Source of the DNA: Gemmatimonadota bacterium | GTDB lineage: Bacteria; Latescibacterota; UBA2968; UBA8231 | Length of the DNA: 64,000 bases | Assembly (NCBI GenBank): GCA_038128265.1 | Contig: JAYPJE010000003.1 | Location: forward strand, 61,278 to 125,277 | Direction of reading: 5' to 3' | In this document: positions 9,889 to 20,439 of the stretch, piece after piece | How positions within the stretch are numbered: the first letter of the stretch is position 1 | How the letters are laid out: every line of letters begins with the position of its first letter | Position numbers and translations under genes: made by a program | Notes under the pieces: generated by a model | Told to the model about the DNA's origin: nothing | Seen by the model: the letters and a program-made list of their open reading frames with translations, nothing else | Database searches by the model: none

Positions 9889-10290
9889 TCAATCGGGCGT
9901 CCATACCTGCACGGCGCCGTCGCTGTCTTCCAATACGAGGTTGTCTCCCTGCCACCGCCAGCGCACTCGGCGCTCGCCTGCCGCGCCGAAGTATGCACCG
10001 CGCAGCACCAATTCTTCCTCCTCTAAAGACCACGTGCCCGGAAAACTGCGCTGGCCGTTGCCTTCCAAGAAAAGCGTCATGGCCAATACACCGTCTGCTT
10101 CGAGGCGCATGTGGACGCGAACGGGTCCCAGCACTTCGTCAACTCCTTCTGTGACCCACGTGCCCAATAGTGCTGCTTCCGGTCCCTCTTCTCCGATCGG
10201 CGCCACGCCCTTTTCTTCACCACAGCCCCATAGCACAGCGAGCAATAACGGCAATGTCCACGAACGGCCTATCCCGCTATACGCCCTCAC
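9889..10290 (-). CDS. Putative lipoprotein (lipocalin-like beta-barrel)
   Basis: GGGAGG RBS and GTG start; lipobox LWGC; LLGTW and GTWSL motifs. Confidence 0.65.
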   Translation of the reverse strand: MRAYSGIGRSWTLPLLLAVLWGCGEEKGVAPIGEEGPEAALLGTWVTEGVDEVLGPVRVHMRLEADGVLAMTLFLEGNGQRSFPGTWSLEEEELVLRGAYFGAAGERRVRWRWQGDNLVLEDSDGAVQVWTPD

Positions 10291-10510
10291 CAGTGCCTCC
10301 CATGCCCACTGCTTGGGCGCGCACGGCCGCCGCGATAACCTCTTCGCGCAGATCGTCTGGAAGCCCATCGAATTCTATTTGGAGCGCGTCATCCGGCAGC
10401 GTCGCACGTGCGGCAACCCAGCCGCTATCCTGCTTTTCCCAGTGCAAAATACTCGATCCCGTGCGCGAATAAAATGCGCTTTCATCGCGGCAATCTCGGT
10501 ACAGTTTCAT
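10277..10510 (-). CDS. Small hypothetical protein (77 aa)
   Basis: GAGGAGG RBS before ATG 10510; fills the gap and overlaps the lipoprotein start. Confidence 0.55.
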   Translation of the reverse strand: MKLYRDCRDESAFYSRTGSSILHWEKQDSGWVAARATLPDDALQIEFDGLPDDLREEVIAAAVRAQAVGMGGTGEGV

Positions 10511-10674
10511 ATGCTCTCCCGCCTCCTCAATAGACATATTAAACGGCTTGACGGCCTTCCCAAGATAGCCCTGTGCGCGCGGAGAAACAACCGAGCGTCG
10601 GTTGCTTTATACCCTCCAGATCGTACTTTATGGACCGGCGCGCATAACCTGCACTACCTCTATCAGGAGTCGCT

Positions 10675-12342
10675 ATGTCCATCTCCACCACACGGCACGC
10701 CGGCCCCCTAAGCGAAGCACTGCAGCAGGCGTTGGACGACGTCCGGCAGCGCGATATCGTCGCGCGCATTGCCGCGCGCGACCACGCGGTATGGCGGCCC
10801 ACTGCGGATGAAATTTCCAACCGCTTAGGCTGGCTCGACTGCCCGCACAACATGGTCGACAGCCTGGGCGAAATCCGCCGCGTCGTGAGCGCGGTGCGCG
10901 CCGATGGCCTGCGCCACGTCCTGCTCTTGGGCATGGGCGGATCGAGCCTCGCTCCAGAAGTATTCCGCCAGGTGCTCGGTGTAGCCGATCGCTACCTCGA
11001 CCTCGAAGTGCTCGACAGCACGCACCCAGAATCTGTATTAGCCAAAGCCAACACCTTAGATCCCAGCCGCACTCTGTACGTTCCAGCCACTAAGTCGGGA
11101 GGGACGGTAGAGACTCTTTCGTTTCTCAAATTTTTCTACAGGCGCGTTGTCCATGCGCTGGGTTCGGAGCAGGCCGGGCGCCACTTTGTCGCCATAACCG
11201 ACCCGGGGAGTGGACTAGCCGATACGGCGCATGCGCTGGGCTTTCGCCACACTTTTCTCAACGATCCCGATATCGGCGGACGCTATTCGGCGCTATCGCA
11301 CTTCGGCCTAGTACCAGCCGCCCTGCTCGGCATCGATTTAGACGACTTCCTCGAACGCGCCCGATTGGCTAGCGAACAAACCCATCCCGCCGTCGAGCTA
11401 GGCGCCTTTATGGGCGCAGGGGCGGCACAGGGACGCGACAAACTGACGCTGATCGCCTCACCGCCCCTTGCACCCGTAGGCGCCTGGGTAGAGCAACTCA
11501 TAGCCGAGAGCACGGGTAAAGAGGGCAAGGGTATTGTCCCCATAGAGGGCGAGGTGCTTCTCGAGCCGTCGGCCTACGGCAGCGACCGGCTCTTTGTCTA
11601 CCTGCGCTGTGACGACGCGCTCGACGCTCACGCCGACGCGCTCATAGCCGCAGGCCAGCCTCTGCTGCGCATGGACCTCGACGATCTGCTCGACCTCGGC
11701 GCAGCGTTTTACCACTGGGAGTTGGCCACAGCCATCGCCGGCCATCTGTTAGATATCCATCCTTTCGACCAGCCAGACGTGGAAGCGGCCAAAGTATTGG
11801 CTCGAGACATGGTACAAACCTTTCAACAGCGCGGCGCACTGCCGAGCGAACCGCCCATCGCCGTCGATGGCTCGCTCCGCGCCTTTGGCAGCGAGCCGGC
11901 CGCATCGCCCCGAGAAGCCCTCCACCACCTGCTGGCACAGAGTCAACCCAACCGCTCCTATATCGCCCTGCAGGCGTACCTGGCTCCCACTGAAGAAGTC
12001 GGTGCACTCCTGGCCACCCTGCGCCGCACCCTGCAAGCCGCCAGCGGTCTGGCCACGACGCTGGGCTTCGGTCCGCGCTTCCTGCATTCAACCGGCCAAC
12101 TGCACAAGGGCGATGCCGGCCACGGACTGTTCTTGCAGCTCACGGCAACCGAGACGGCCGACGCCCCGATTCCCGACGCGGCCGACGGCGATACTTCCAG
12201 TCTTGGCTTCGGCGTTTTAATCGCCGCACAGGCCCAGGGAGATGCCGGCGCACTGCGCAAAACCGGTCGCCGCGTTCTGCGCATCGACTTAGGGCCCGAT
12301 GCAGCAGCTGGATTGCGCGCCCTCATCTCTCAATTAGACTGA
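10675..12342 (+). CDS. pgi: Glucose-6-phosphate isomerase (PGI domain of the Tal/Pgi type, stand-alone)
   Basis: [61 protein letters not shown] and [14 protein letters not shown] motifs. Confidence 0.88.
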   Translation: MSISTTRHAGPLSEALQQALDDVRQRDIVARIAARDHAVWRPTADEISNRLGWLDCPHNMVDSLGEIRRVVSAVRADGLRHVLLLGMGGSSLAPEVFRQVLGVADRYLDLEVLDSTHPESVLAKANTLDPSRTLYVPATKSGGTVETLSFLKFFYRRVVHALGSEQAGRHFVAITDPGSGLADTAHALGFRHTFLNDPDIGGRYSALSHFGLVPAALLGIDLDDFLERARLASEQTHPAVELGAFMGAGAAQGRDKLTLIASPPLAPVGAWVEQLIAESTGKEGKGIVPIEGEVLLEPSAYGSDRLFVYLRCDDALDAHADALIAAGQPLLRMDLDDLLDLGAAFYHWELATAIAGHLLDIHPFDQPDVEAAKVLARDMVQTFQQRGALPSEPPIAVDGSLRAFGSEPAASPREALHHLLAQSQPNRSYIALQAYLAPTEEVGALLATLRRTLQAASGLATTLGFGPRFLHSTGQLHKGDAGHGLFLQLTATETADAPIPDAADGDTSSLGFGVLIAAQAQGDAGALRKTGRRVLRIDLGPDAAAGLRALISQLD

Positions 12343-12376
12343 ATGCGAACCCCATCCTAACGAAAGCGAACACAGC

Positions 12377-13834
12377 ATGAGCCAAGCAGACATCGGCCTT
12401 ATTGGACTCGCGGTCATGGGCGAAAACCTCGTCCTCAACATGGCCAGCCACTCCATTCGCGTGGCCGTATACAACCGGACAACTGCGCGCGTAGACTCCT
12501 TTATAGCCGGGCGGGCCCAGGGCCATCCCATCGTCGGCGCCCACTCTCCCGAAGAACTTGTCGCGCTGCTCAAAAAGCCGCGCCGCATTATGCTAATGGT
12601 GCAGGCCGGCTCTGCCGTAGATCGCGTCATAGAACAGCTGCTTCCCCTGCTCGACCCCGGCGATATACTTATCGACGGCGGCAACTCCAACTATCAGGAC
12701 ACCGTGCGCCGCACTGGTGAGCTGACGGCAAAGGGAATCCTCTACATTGGCACGGGCGTTTCCGGCGGCGAGGAAGGCGCGCTCAAAGGCCCGAGTATTA
12801 TGCCCGGCGGCAACCCGCAAGCGTGGCCCCACGTCAGAGATATTTTTCAGGCAATCGCCGCTAAAGTCGAAGACGGCAGCCCCTGCTGCGAATGGGTAGG
12901 CGACGACGGGGCCGGCCACTACGTAAAGATGATCCACAACGGCATCGAGTACGGCGATATGCAGATGATTTGCGAGGCATACGACGTCATGCGCCAGGTG
13001 TTGGGCATGCAGCCAGCAGAGATGGCCAGCGTCTTTGCCGAGTGGAATCGGGGCGAACTCGACAGCTACCTTATTGAAATCACAGCCGAGATTCTCGCCA
13101 AGACCGATGACGAAAACGGCCAGCCCATGATCGACCTCATACTCGATGCGGCCGGCCAAAAGGGCACGGGCAAATGGACTGGTATCGACGCGCTGCAGCT
13201 AGGCGCCGTAGCAACCGCGATCACCGAGGCCGTGTATGCGCGCAGCCTATCGGCCCTTAAAGAAGAGCGCGTGGCCGCATCGGCGGTCTTGCAGGGTCCG
13301 CCGCCAGCGCCCTTCAGCGGCGATCGCAGCGCTTTTATAGAGGACGTGCGCCGCGCCCTCTATGCTTCGAAAATCTGCTCTTACGCGCAGGGGTTTCAGC
13401 TGCTGCGCATGGCAGCAGAAGAATACGATTGGCAGCTCAACTTTGGCAGCATCGCGCTGATGTGGCGCGGCGGATGCATTATTCGCGCTCAATTTCTCGG
13501 ACGCATCAAAGAGGCCTTTGACGCCGATCCGCAGCTGGCCAATTTACTGCTCGCGCCCTACTTCCAGCAGGCCATCGCTCAATCGCAGGCGTCGTGGCGC
13601 CGCGTCGTGGCGAAGGCCGTCGAATGCGGCGTGCCAGTGCCGGCCTTTAGCAGCGCGCTGGCCTATTTTGACGGCTATCGCTCGGCCCAGCTGCCCGCTA
13701 ATCTGCTCCAGGCCCAGCGCGACTACTTCGGCGCCCACACCTATGAGCGCGTAGACAAGCCGCGCGGTGAGTTTTTTCACACCAACTGGACGGGGCGCGG
13801 CGGCGATACCGCTTCAACAGCCTATAACGCATGA
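12377..13834 (+). CDS. gndA: NADP-dependent 6-phosphogluconate dehydrogenase (decarboxylating)
   Basis: [42 protein letters not shown] and [12 protein letters not shown] motifs. Confidence 0.97.
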   Translation: MSQADIGLIGLAVMGENLVLNMASHSIRVAVYNRTTARVDSFIAGRAQGHPIVGAHSPEELVALLKKPRRIMLMVQAGSAVDRVIEQLLPLLDPGDILIDGGNSNYQDTVRRTGELTAKGILYIGTGVSGGEEGALKGPSIMPGGNPQAWPHVRDIFQAIAAKVEDGSPCCEWVGDDGAGHYVKMIHNGIEYGDMQMICEAYDVMRQVLGMQPAEMASVFAEWNRGELDSYLIEITAEILAKTDDENGQPMIDLILDAAGQKGTGKWTGIDALQLGAVATAITEAVYARSLSALKEERVAASAVLQGPPPAPFSGDRSAFIEDVRRALYASKICSYAQGFQLLRMAAEEYDWQLNFGSIALMWRGGCIIRAQFLGRIKEAFDADPQLANLLLAPYFQQAIAQSQASWRRVVAKAVECGVPVPAFSSALAYFDGYRSAQLPANLLQAQRDYFGAHTYERVDKPRGEFFHTNWTGRGGDTASTAYNA

Positions 13835-13879
13835 TGTAGTTAGCCTACTGGCCGCTTTAGCGCACGACTCGAGCATCTG

Positions 13880-15295
13880 CTAGAGGGGCCAGTGCACGCC
13901 GCGCTGCCCCGACAGATCCTTTGCATAGAGCGGCGCCGTCTTTTCGGCCGGCATGCCGACGAGCGCTCCGTCTGCCACCCATGCGCGATCTTCGCCGCGC
14001 AGCTGCTCTGCGAGTAGCCCCTCCATATGACGGCGGCGATCGCCGTGTTCGTCCTTTGCCGACAGGTCGACCAACTCCTCTGGATCTTCCTCCAGGTCAA
14101 ATAGCTGCACCGAGTTGCCCATTGGATAGTAGATAAGCTTAAATCGGCCAGCGTGCAGCATGCGCGTGGCGCGCGCACCCCGTCCGACCTCTCCGTATAA
14201 ATAGTCGCGGCGCGTTCCCGACAGCATACAGCGTCCCTGCACGCTGTCGGGAACCGATAGGCCGGCTAGGTGCAGCAAGGTTGGCAACACGTCCTGCCAA
14301 CCGACGAGCCGATCGTCAACGCAGTCGCTCCCTACTTCTTCGCCCGCGCCTGCGCCGACTAAAAGCATCGGAATCCGAGCAGACTCTTCGTAGTAGAGTC
14401 TCTTTGCCCACAGCCCGTGCTTGCCCAGCATATCCCCGTGATCCGATGTAAAGAGCAAAATCGTGTCATCGAGGACTCCCTGCTCGCGCAGCGTGCCAAT
14501 AATCACCCGTAGCTGATGGTCGATATGGGTACTCAACGCATAGAACGCGCGGCGGGCGGCGCGAACGGCATAGTCACTAAAGCCCTCGCCCAAGTGCCGG
14601 CGGGCACGCAGCGCCAGCGGCACGCACTCCGGATCTTCTGCCCACTCCCCCACGCTCGGCGTAGGCACCGGCAGTTCTCGATACATATTCCAGTAGAAAT
14701 CGAGCGGAACAAGCGGCGGATGAGGGTGAGTATAGGAGGCGTACCACAGCGACGGGCGCGTAGGATCGCGGCGTTGAATGGTGCGCACGATCTGCCGCGT
14801 TATCCAGTTTGTCACGTGCGTTTCCTCTGGAAGATGCCAGGTGCGGTGGACGTATTCATTGTTGCCCATTCCGTGCAAAAACTGTGCGCCGGCATATCCT
14901 CTCTCGGCCAAATAGGCTTCGTAGTCGTCGACTACGCCCCGCTTAACGCGGCCCTCCTCACATAAGATGACGTCGTCAAAACCCAGGCGACTGCGCTGCG
15001 GCGAGGTGTGCAATTTGCCCACGGCATAGCTCTGGTAACCGCCTGCGCGAAACGCGTCTGCCAGCAGCGTCGCATCACATTGATCGGGAACGGCCGTAGG
15101 TGCCCTGCCCGTCATCAGCGCTCGGCGCGCCGGCACGCAGAGCGGCGCTTCGCTATAGGCGCGCACAAAGCGCCGGCCACTGCGCGCTAGCGCATCGAGC
15201 GTCGGCGTTTGCACGCACGGATGGCCCTCAACGCCGAGCATATGCCCCGGCCAATGATCGGTGGTAATAAGCAAGATATTCGGTTTTTGTCGCAC
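13880..15295 (-). CDS. Formylglycine-dependent sulfatase (S1, choline-sulfatase-like)
   Basis: KPNILLITTD, CVPARRALMTG (CxPxR), GKLH, PHPP and FTSDHGDMLG motifs; no signal peptide. Confidence 0.92.
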   Translation of the reverse strand: MRQKPNILLITTDHWPGHMLGVEGHPCVQTPTLDALARSGRRFVRAYSEAPLCVPARRALMTGRAPTAVPDQCDATLLADAFRAGGYQSYAVGKLHTSPQRSRLGFDDVILCEEGRVKRGVVDDYEAYLAERGYAGAQFLHGMGNNEYVHRTWHLPEETHVTNWITRQIVRTIQRRDPTRPSLWYASYTHPHPPLVPLDFYWNMYRELPVPTPSVGEWAEDPECVPLALRARRHLGEGFSDYAVRAARRAFYALSTHIDHQLRVIIGTLREQGVLDDTILLFTSDHGDMLGKHGLWAKRLYYEESARIPMLLVGAGAGEEVGSDCVDDRLVGWQDVLPTLLHLAGLSVPDSVQGRCMLSGTRRDYLYGEVGRGARATRMLHAGRFKLIYYPMGNSVQLFDLEEDPEELVDLSAKDEHGDRRRHMEGLLAEQLRGEDRAWVADGALVGMPAEKTAPLYAKDLSGQRGVHWPL

Positions 15296-15301
15296 GTTTC
15301 C

Positions 15302-16195
15302 TCAGACTTTCTTACCTGCAAGCTGTTGCTGTATCAGCTCAATAAATGCCGCGGCAGCCGCTGAGCGCCTGCGGTGACGGCGCTCTATTATTCCGACTTG
15401 GCCTGTGCTCAATCCATCGACCTGGACGGCACGCAGCGATCCCCGTTCTACCTCAGCTTCCACGGCCACCTGCGGGACGATCGCCACACCAAGGCCAATC
15501 TCGACAAAGCGCTTGAGGACTTCAATGCTGCCCAACTCCATGGCGATCTGCGGATGCAACTCGCGCGCGGAGAGGGCATCATCGAGCAGCTGACGGCTCG
15601 TACTGCCGCGCTGCAGGACAAGTATAGGGTGCTCTATAAGCGCATCAAGGCGAACGCGCTTGCGCACACCCAATGGATGGTCCGGTCGACAAACCAACAC
15701 TTCTTTGCGCTGAAAGAGCACGTCCTCGCACACATCGCGATGGCGCACAGGGAGCGTAACTAGGCCAATGTCAATTTCGTCGGCTGCAACCAAGCTAGCA
15801 ATATCGAGCGACATGCGATTGCGAATATCCAACTCGACGCCCGGATGGCGCTGGCGATACTCTTCGAGCACGCGGGGCAATATGTAGGTGCAGTTGGTGT
15901 CACTCGTTCCGATCACCAAACGCCCGCGCAGCGCCTCGCGCAGCGCGGCTATTTCGCTGCGCGCGTCATCGAGGTGAACAAAAATTTGCCGCACGTGGTC
16001 GTAAAGCACTTCGCCAGCTGCCGTCAGGGAAATTTCCCGCCGCTTGCGGTTGAATAGCACTTCGCCCAATTCTCCTTCAAGCGCCTTTATCTGCAAGCTA
16101 ATGGCCGGCTGTGTGAGATATAATTTATCGGCGGCGCGCGTAAAGCTCCGCTCTCGAGCAATCTCGTAAAAACCGCGCAGCTGATACAGATCCAT
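15302..16195 (-). CDS. LysR-family transcriptional regulator
   Basis: MDLYQLRGF...SFTRAADKLYLTQPAISLQIKALE HTH plus substrate-binding domain; GAGGTG RBS before ATG 16195. Confidence 0.93.
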   Translation of the reverse strand: MDLYQLRGFYEIARERSFTRAADKLYLTQPAISLQIKALEGELGEVLFNRKRREISLTAAGEVLYDHVRQIFVHLDDARSEIAALREALRGRLVIGTSDTNCTYILPRVLEEYRQRHPGVELDIRNRMSLDIASLVAADEIDIGLVTLPVRHRDVCEDVLFQRKEVLVCRPDHPLGVRKRVRLDALIEHPILVLQRGSTSRQLLDDALSARELHPQIAMELGSIEVLKRFVEIGLGVAIVPQVAVEAEVERGSLRAVQVDGLSTGQVGIIERRHRRRSAAAAAFIELIQQQLAGKKV

Positions 16196-16238
16196 AAGGG
16201 CCACCTCATTTATACGATTTATAATAATGCTAACTATA

Positions 16239-16253
16239 ATAAATCCCACTTAT
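16239..16253. promoter_or_regulatory. Putative LysR recognition site (T-N11-A)
   Basis: ATAA-ATCCCAC-TTAT dyad in the divergent lysR/crcB intergenic region. Confidence 0.5.
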
Positions 16254-16348
16254 AAGAAAAACCATCGATCAAGACGCGTGCAGCCCATAAGGCCCCCTTC
16301 GCACAATCAATTGCCTATATTTTCCAGTGGCGCTTCAAAGGAGATCGT

Positions 16349-16732
16349 ATGATCAATCTATTGCTCGTCGGCTGCGGCGGTTTTGTCGGCTCTGTTTTAC
16401 GCTATCTCGTTGGCCATGCCGTGCACGCACTGCTGCGCCACACAGCCTTTCCCTACGGCACGCTAACGGCCAACGTGCTGGGCTGTTTTTTTATTGGATT
16501 ACTCAGCGGAATGGCGAGTCAGCATAGTCTGCTTTCTGCACAAACTCGGCTCTTTTTATTTACCGGCGTCTTGGGAGGTTTTACTACATTTTCAACGTTT
16601 AGCTTTGATACATTTAATATGCTGAATGCGGGCGACCCGCAAACCGTCCCATGGGCGATACTACACATTTTCGCCCATGTTTTATTGGGTTTATTTGCCG
16701 TATATATAGGCCATTACCTATCGCAAATCTAG
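16349..16732 (+). CDS. crcB: Fluoride efflux channel Fluc/CrcB
   Basis: GGFVGSVLRY, FPYGTLTANVLGCF and GVLGGFTTFSTF motifs; four TM helices; AAGGAG RBS. Confidence 0.95.
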   Translation: MINLLLVGCGGFVGSVLRYLVGHAVHALLRHTAFPYGTLTANVLGCFFIGLLSGMASQHSLLSAQTRLFLFTGVLGGFTTFSTFSFDTFNMLNAGDPQTVPWAILHIFAHVLLGLFAVYIGHYLSQI

Positions 16733-16892
16733 CGCTCTGTACACATTCTAAGGTACTATTTAGTGCATTCTTTTTTTTGACTTACTCAACCTATATGCTT
16801 TTTATCTGAGTATTAACTTTTAAGGCGTGCGGCATTCCCTTTCGGCTATTGTGCGAATGTGTCGCACCTGCGATCGGAAAGGAACGCTCTGT

Positions 16893-17336
16893 ATGCCCAA
16901 TATTGCAAACTTGTTGAAGGAAGAAATTAGCCGTCTGGCCCGCAAAGAAATTCGCTCGGCCTGCACTCCTCTCCAGCAGCAGCTGCGCGAGCTGCGCAAG
17001 ACCGTGCGCCAGCAGCGCGAGACGATTGATAGCCTGCAGCAGCGCGTCAACCAGCTGCAGGCGCTTTCATCTTCGCCAACGGAAAAGATTCTCGAAGCCT
17101 CGGCCATTGACGATGACAAGCAAATACGTCTGTCTGGCAGCTCCATTAAAAAACATCGCCAGCGCCTCGGACTGTCTCAGGGAGAGCTCGGCCAGTTGCT
17201 CAACGTAAGCACCAATACGATCGTGCGCTGGGAGCAGGGCACCTCAAAGCCGCGTGCCGCTTACCGAACGGGCTTGGCCCAGATTCGCACCATGGGCGTG
17301 CGCGAAGTAAAAAAGCTGCTGGCGGCCATGGAATAG
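16893..17336 (+). CDS. Coiled-coil + C-terminal XRE-type HTH DNA-binding protein
   Basis: MPNIANLLKEEISRLARKEIR coiled coil; RQRLGLSQGELGQLLNVSTNTIVRWEQG..KP HTH; AAAGGA RBS. Confidence 0.85.
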   Translation: MPNIANLLKEEISRLARKEIRSACTPLQQQLRELRKTVRQQRETIDSLQQRVNQLQALSSSPTEKILEASAIDDDKQIRLSGSSIKKHRQRLGLSQGELGQLLNVSTNTIVRWEQGTSKPRAAYRTGLAQIRTMGVREVKKLLAAME

Positions 17337-17357
17337 CGCCGTTCCCACAGCCTCACT

Positions 17358-17390
17358 AAAAAAACCGCTTCCCTAAGAGGCGGTTTTTTT
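17358..17390. terminator. Bidirectional rho-independent terminator
   Basis: A7-ccgctt...aggcgg-T7 between convergent genes. Confidence 0.85.
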
Positions 17391-18210
17391 ATTTCCACTG
17401 CTCCATATAAGCAGCCATGTGCTCGGCGAGATCGACGTTGTCGTGCTTTAGTGCTCCCCGGTGCACAATGCGCGCCTTGCGCAGCAGCATGCCACGGGCG
17501 GCCGTCCGTTTTTCCGAATCTAGTTCTTGCGCGGTGTGCAGCAGTTTGTCTAGTGCATAGACGCGGAAGCGATCCATCGCATAATGCGCCTGCGATAGCT
17601 GGTCAGCGTGCCCGCCGTACTTGACAATCAACTTTTCCGGCACGTAGCACACCGACCATTGAGCGGCAATGCGCAGCCACAGCTCATAGTCTTCACAGGC
17701 CGGAAGCGCCTCGTCGAACAGGCCCACTTCGTCAAATACGTCGCGGTGGATTACAATAGACGAGGGCGACATCACACACAGCGGCAGCGCGCGAAGAAAA
17801 ATATCCCCACCGTATTTCTGATGGTGCTTATGCGGGTTTACGCGCACGCCGTTGCGGATCCAAATCTCATCCGTATGGCACACGGGCAATCCGCTTTCGG
17901 CTAGCGCACGACGCTGCTTGAGCAATTTGTCGGCAAGCCATTCGTCATCGGAATCGAGAAAGGCCAGCCACTCGCCGCGCGCCGCTTCGATGCCGCGGTT
18001 GCGCGCCGCTGACACGCCGCTATTCTGTGCAAGCTCGATGACGCGCACCCCGTCGCCAAAAGCCTCTTTCACAACGCCTACCGTATCGTCTTCAGACGCA
18101 TCGTCAACGACGATCACCTCGTAATCGTCGACGTCCTGCGCCAGAACCGAGCGAACGGCGCGTCCGATCCACTGGGCTCGATTGAATACGGGAATAATTA
18201 CCGAGTACAC
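17389..18210 (-). CDS. Glycosyltransferase family 2
   Basis: SVIIPVFNR, IVVDDAS, GVSAARNRG, AFLDSDDEW and CEDYELWLR motifs; GTG start inferred. Confidence 0.92.
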   Translation of the reverse strand: MYSVIIPVFNRAQWIGRAVRSVLAQDVDDYEVIVVDDASEDDTVGVVKEAFGDGVRVIELAQNSGVSAARNRGIEAARGEWLAFLDSDDEWLADKLLKQRRALAESGLPVCHTDEIWIRNGVRVNPHKHHQKYGGDIFLRALPLCVMSPSSIVIHRDVFDEVGLFDEALPACEDYELWLRIAAQWSVCYVPEKLIVKYGGHADQLSQAHYAMDRFRVYALDKLLHTAQELDSEKRTAARGMLLRKARIVHRGALKHDNVDLAEHMAAYMEQWK

Positions 18211-18217
18211 AGCATAT

Positions 18218-20431
18218 TCACGGCGCTTTGCGCTGCGCTTTTGCGCGGACCAGCGCATCCGCAACAATTTCTTTGGTTATCAGTTCGGGTAAGAGGATTG
18301 GCTCGTCGAGATTTCCGCCGGGAAATAGCACGTACAGCGGCACACCGGAGCGCCCAAACGCACTCAACAGCTGCGTAATTTCCGGGTTGCGCCGGGTCCA
18401 ATCAGCCTTGATCATAGCGACATCGTCGGCTTTAAAGCGCGCCTGTACGTCGTCCTGCATCAGCACGGCGCGCTCGTTCACCTTGCAAGTCCAACACCAC
18501 TCAGCGGTAAAGTCGATGAAAACGGTCTGCCCTGAACCCACCCGCCGCTCCACTTCCGCAGGGGAAAAATCGATCCAATCAATGGAAGACGAGGTCTCTG
18601 GCAGCGCGCGCGTCGCATCTACGCGCTTCAGCAGTGGATGCAAAAATGCACCGTACGCCACCAATACAATGGCCAGTGCAATGGCCCACACCGCACGCCG
18701 CCGGCGCGCACGGTCTTCCAAGCGCACCCACTGTCCGACGACCCAGCAAGCCAAGGCAATTCCGAGCAGAAAGGCCCCCGTCCAAACAACGCCTTCAGCA
18801 CCTACCTGCTTGCCCAGCACCCACAGCAGCCACAGCACCGTCGCCATGAGCGGAAAACCCATAGCCTGTTTAAAGCGCTCCATCCACGCGCCGGGGCGCG
18901 GCAGGAAACGCGTCCAAGAAGGTACGGCAGCAAGCACGGCATAGGGCAGCGCCATGCCAACGCCGCAGCCCAAAAAAATGGTCAACGTCGTACCTGCAGG
19001 TTGGGCGAAGGCAAACCCCACCGCCGTGCCCAAGAGCGGAGCCGTGCACGGCGTGGCCAACACCGTAGCGAGCACGCCGTTGAAAAACGATGCCGCTGGC
19101 CCTTCGCCTTCATCGAATCCGCCTGCGCTCACCGGCAGCGAGATAGAATAGACGCCAAATAGGCTCAAACCCAGCGCAAAAATCAGCGCGGCCATAGCTG
19201 CGACAAAACCGGGATATTGGAACTGGAAGCCCCAGCCGATCTGTTCACCTCCCCCCTTTAACCCGATCACAACAAGCGCCAGCGCCATAAACGAAGCGAC
19301 AATGCCGAATGCGAACGCCAAACCCAACAGGCGCACGCGCTGCTGCCGCTGACCGGCCTGACCAACGATGGACAGCACTTTGAGTGAGATAACGGGTAGC
19401 ACGCAGGGCATGAGGTTGAGCAAGAACCCTCCACCTAGTGCCATGAGCAGATAGACCCACAGGGACGTCTTATCGCCGGCAGACGACGTGCGGAAGCGGC
19501 GATCGAGCAACCCGCCCTCAGCGTCTTCGACAAATTGACTCAAGTCGAGCGCCAGGCGCCCCGAACGGCGGCCTTCACCCTCCAGGGCATAGACCAATAC
19601 GCCGCCGAGCTCCAGAATGGGCGCGTCGCCATAGGGCTCTATGACGAGTTCGAGCCGACCCTCGCCAAGAGAGCGACTGCGAAACGCGACATCTTCGGCA
19701 TCCAGCGGATAAAAGTCGAGGTAATCGGGGCGCAGCGGCTCAGCGCTCTGCACGCTCAGTTCTACTCTTCGCTCCATCCCGCGACCGCGCACTCCGTAGC
19801 GCACGTCAATAGATGGCGATAGCACCGGTGGGACCTCGGCGGCATAGCGTTCGAAAATCGCGCTATGCTTGGCCTGGCCACGCCCTATCGGCAGGTCGAT
19901 TTCGACACGCGCATCGCCCGGAATGCACAGCTCGCGACAAACCAGCCAAGATACGTCGGCCGCAACGCGCAGCGTGTCACCCTGCACTGCGCTCTGCGGT
20001 GCCTGCACATCGCTGATCAGCAGCACCTCGTCGCCATAGCCGTAAACGACCAGGTCGCCCTCTTCTGTATACTTCTTTGGCAGCGGCCACTGCAACGGCC
20101 CAGCACGCCATCCCTCGGGCAGGTCCCATTCCACCTGCGTGGGCATACCGGCATCGCCGCTAAATGCCCAATAGGTGTGCCAACCCTCCTGCATCCGCAG
20201 GGCAACGCCTAGGCGCAGCGCTTCTCCAGGCAGCACGGCACTCGCGTCGGCCAGCAGACGTGCCTCAACGGGATGTTCGCTCTCTGCGCCAACTTTTGTC
20301 ACGCAGCACAGTGCGGCGAGCAGGCCTATACACCCTATGCGCTTCACGGAGCGGGCCGTTTCCCTAAGGCGCAGTGCGGTAGCTGGGCGGCAACCGGCCC
20401 TTCTGAACTCCTCTGTGCAGCGATAGTCCAT
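18218..20431 (-). CDS. dsbD: Thiol:disulfide interchange protein DsbD family (N-terminal domain + TM + thioredoxin)
   Basis: GWHTYW, CRELCIPG, NLMPCVLPV, TPCTAP, PRPGAWME and DFTAEWCWTCKVNE motifs. True start may be GTG 20347. Confidence 0.9.
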   Translation of the reverse strand: MDYRCTEEFRRAGCRPATALRLRETARSVKRIGCIGLLAALCCVTKVGAESEHPVEARLLADASAVLPGEALRLGVALRMQEGWHTYWAFSGDAGMPTQVEWDLPEGWRAGPLQWPLPKKYTEEGDLVVYGYGDEVLLISDVQAPQSAVQGDTLRVAADVSWLVCRELCIPGDARVEIDLPIGRGQAKHSAIFERYAAEVPPVLSPSIDVRYGVRGRGMERRVELSVQSAEPLRPDYLDFYPLDAEDVAFRSRSLGEGRLELVIEPYGDAPILELGGVLVYALEGEGRRSGRLALDLSQFVEDAEGGLLDRRFRTSSAGDKTSLWVYLLMALGGGFLLNLMPCVLPVISLKVLSIVGQAGQRQQRVRLLGLAFAFGIVASFMALALVVIGLKGGGEQIGWGFQFQYPGFVAAMAALIFALGLSLFGVYSISLPVSAGGFDEGEGPAASFFNGVLATVLATPCTAPLLGTAVGFAFAQPAGTTLTIFLGCGVGMALPYAVLAAVPSWTRFLPRPGAWMERFKQAMGFPLMATVLWLLWVLGKQVGAEGVVWTGAFLLGIALACWVVGQWVRLEDRARRRRAVWAIALAIVLVAYGAFLHPLLKRVDATRALPETSSSIDWIDFSPAEVERRVGSGQTVFIDFTAEWCWTCKVNERAVLMQDDVQARFKADDVAMIKADWTRRNPEITQLLSAFGRSGVPLYVLFPGGNLDEPILLPELITKEIVADALVRAKAQRKAP

Positions 20432-20439
20432 TTCCCTTT

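Noticed and set aside
16893..17336. XRE protein as the antitoxin of a toxin-antitoxin pair
   Set aside because: There is no adjacent toxin ORF; the gene is monocistronic and followed by a terminator.
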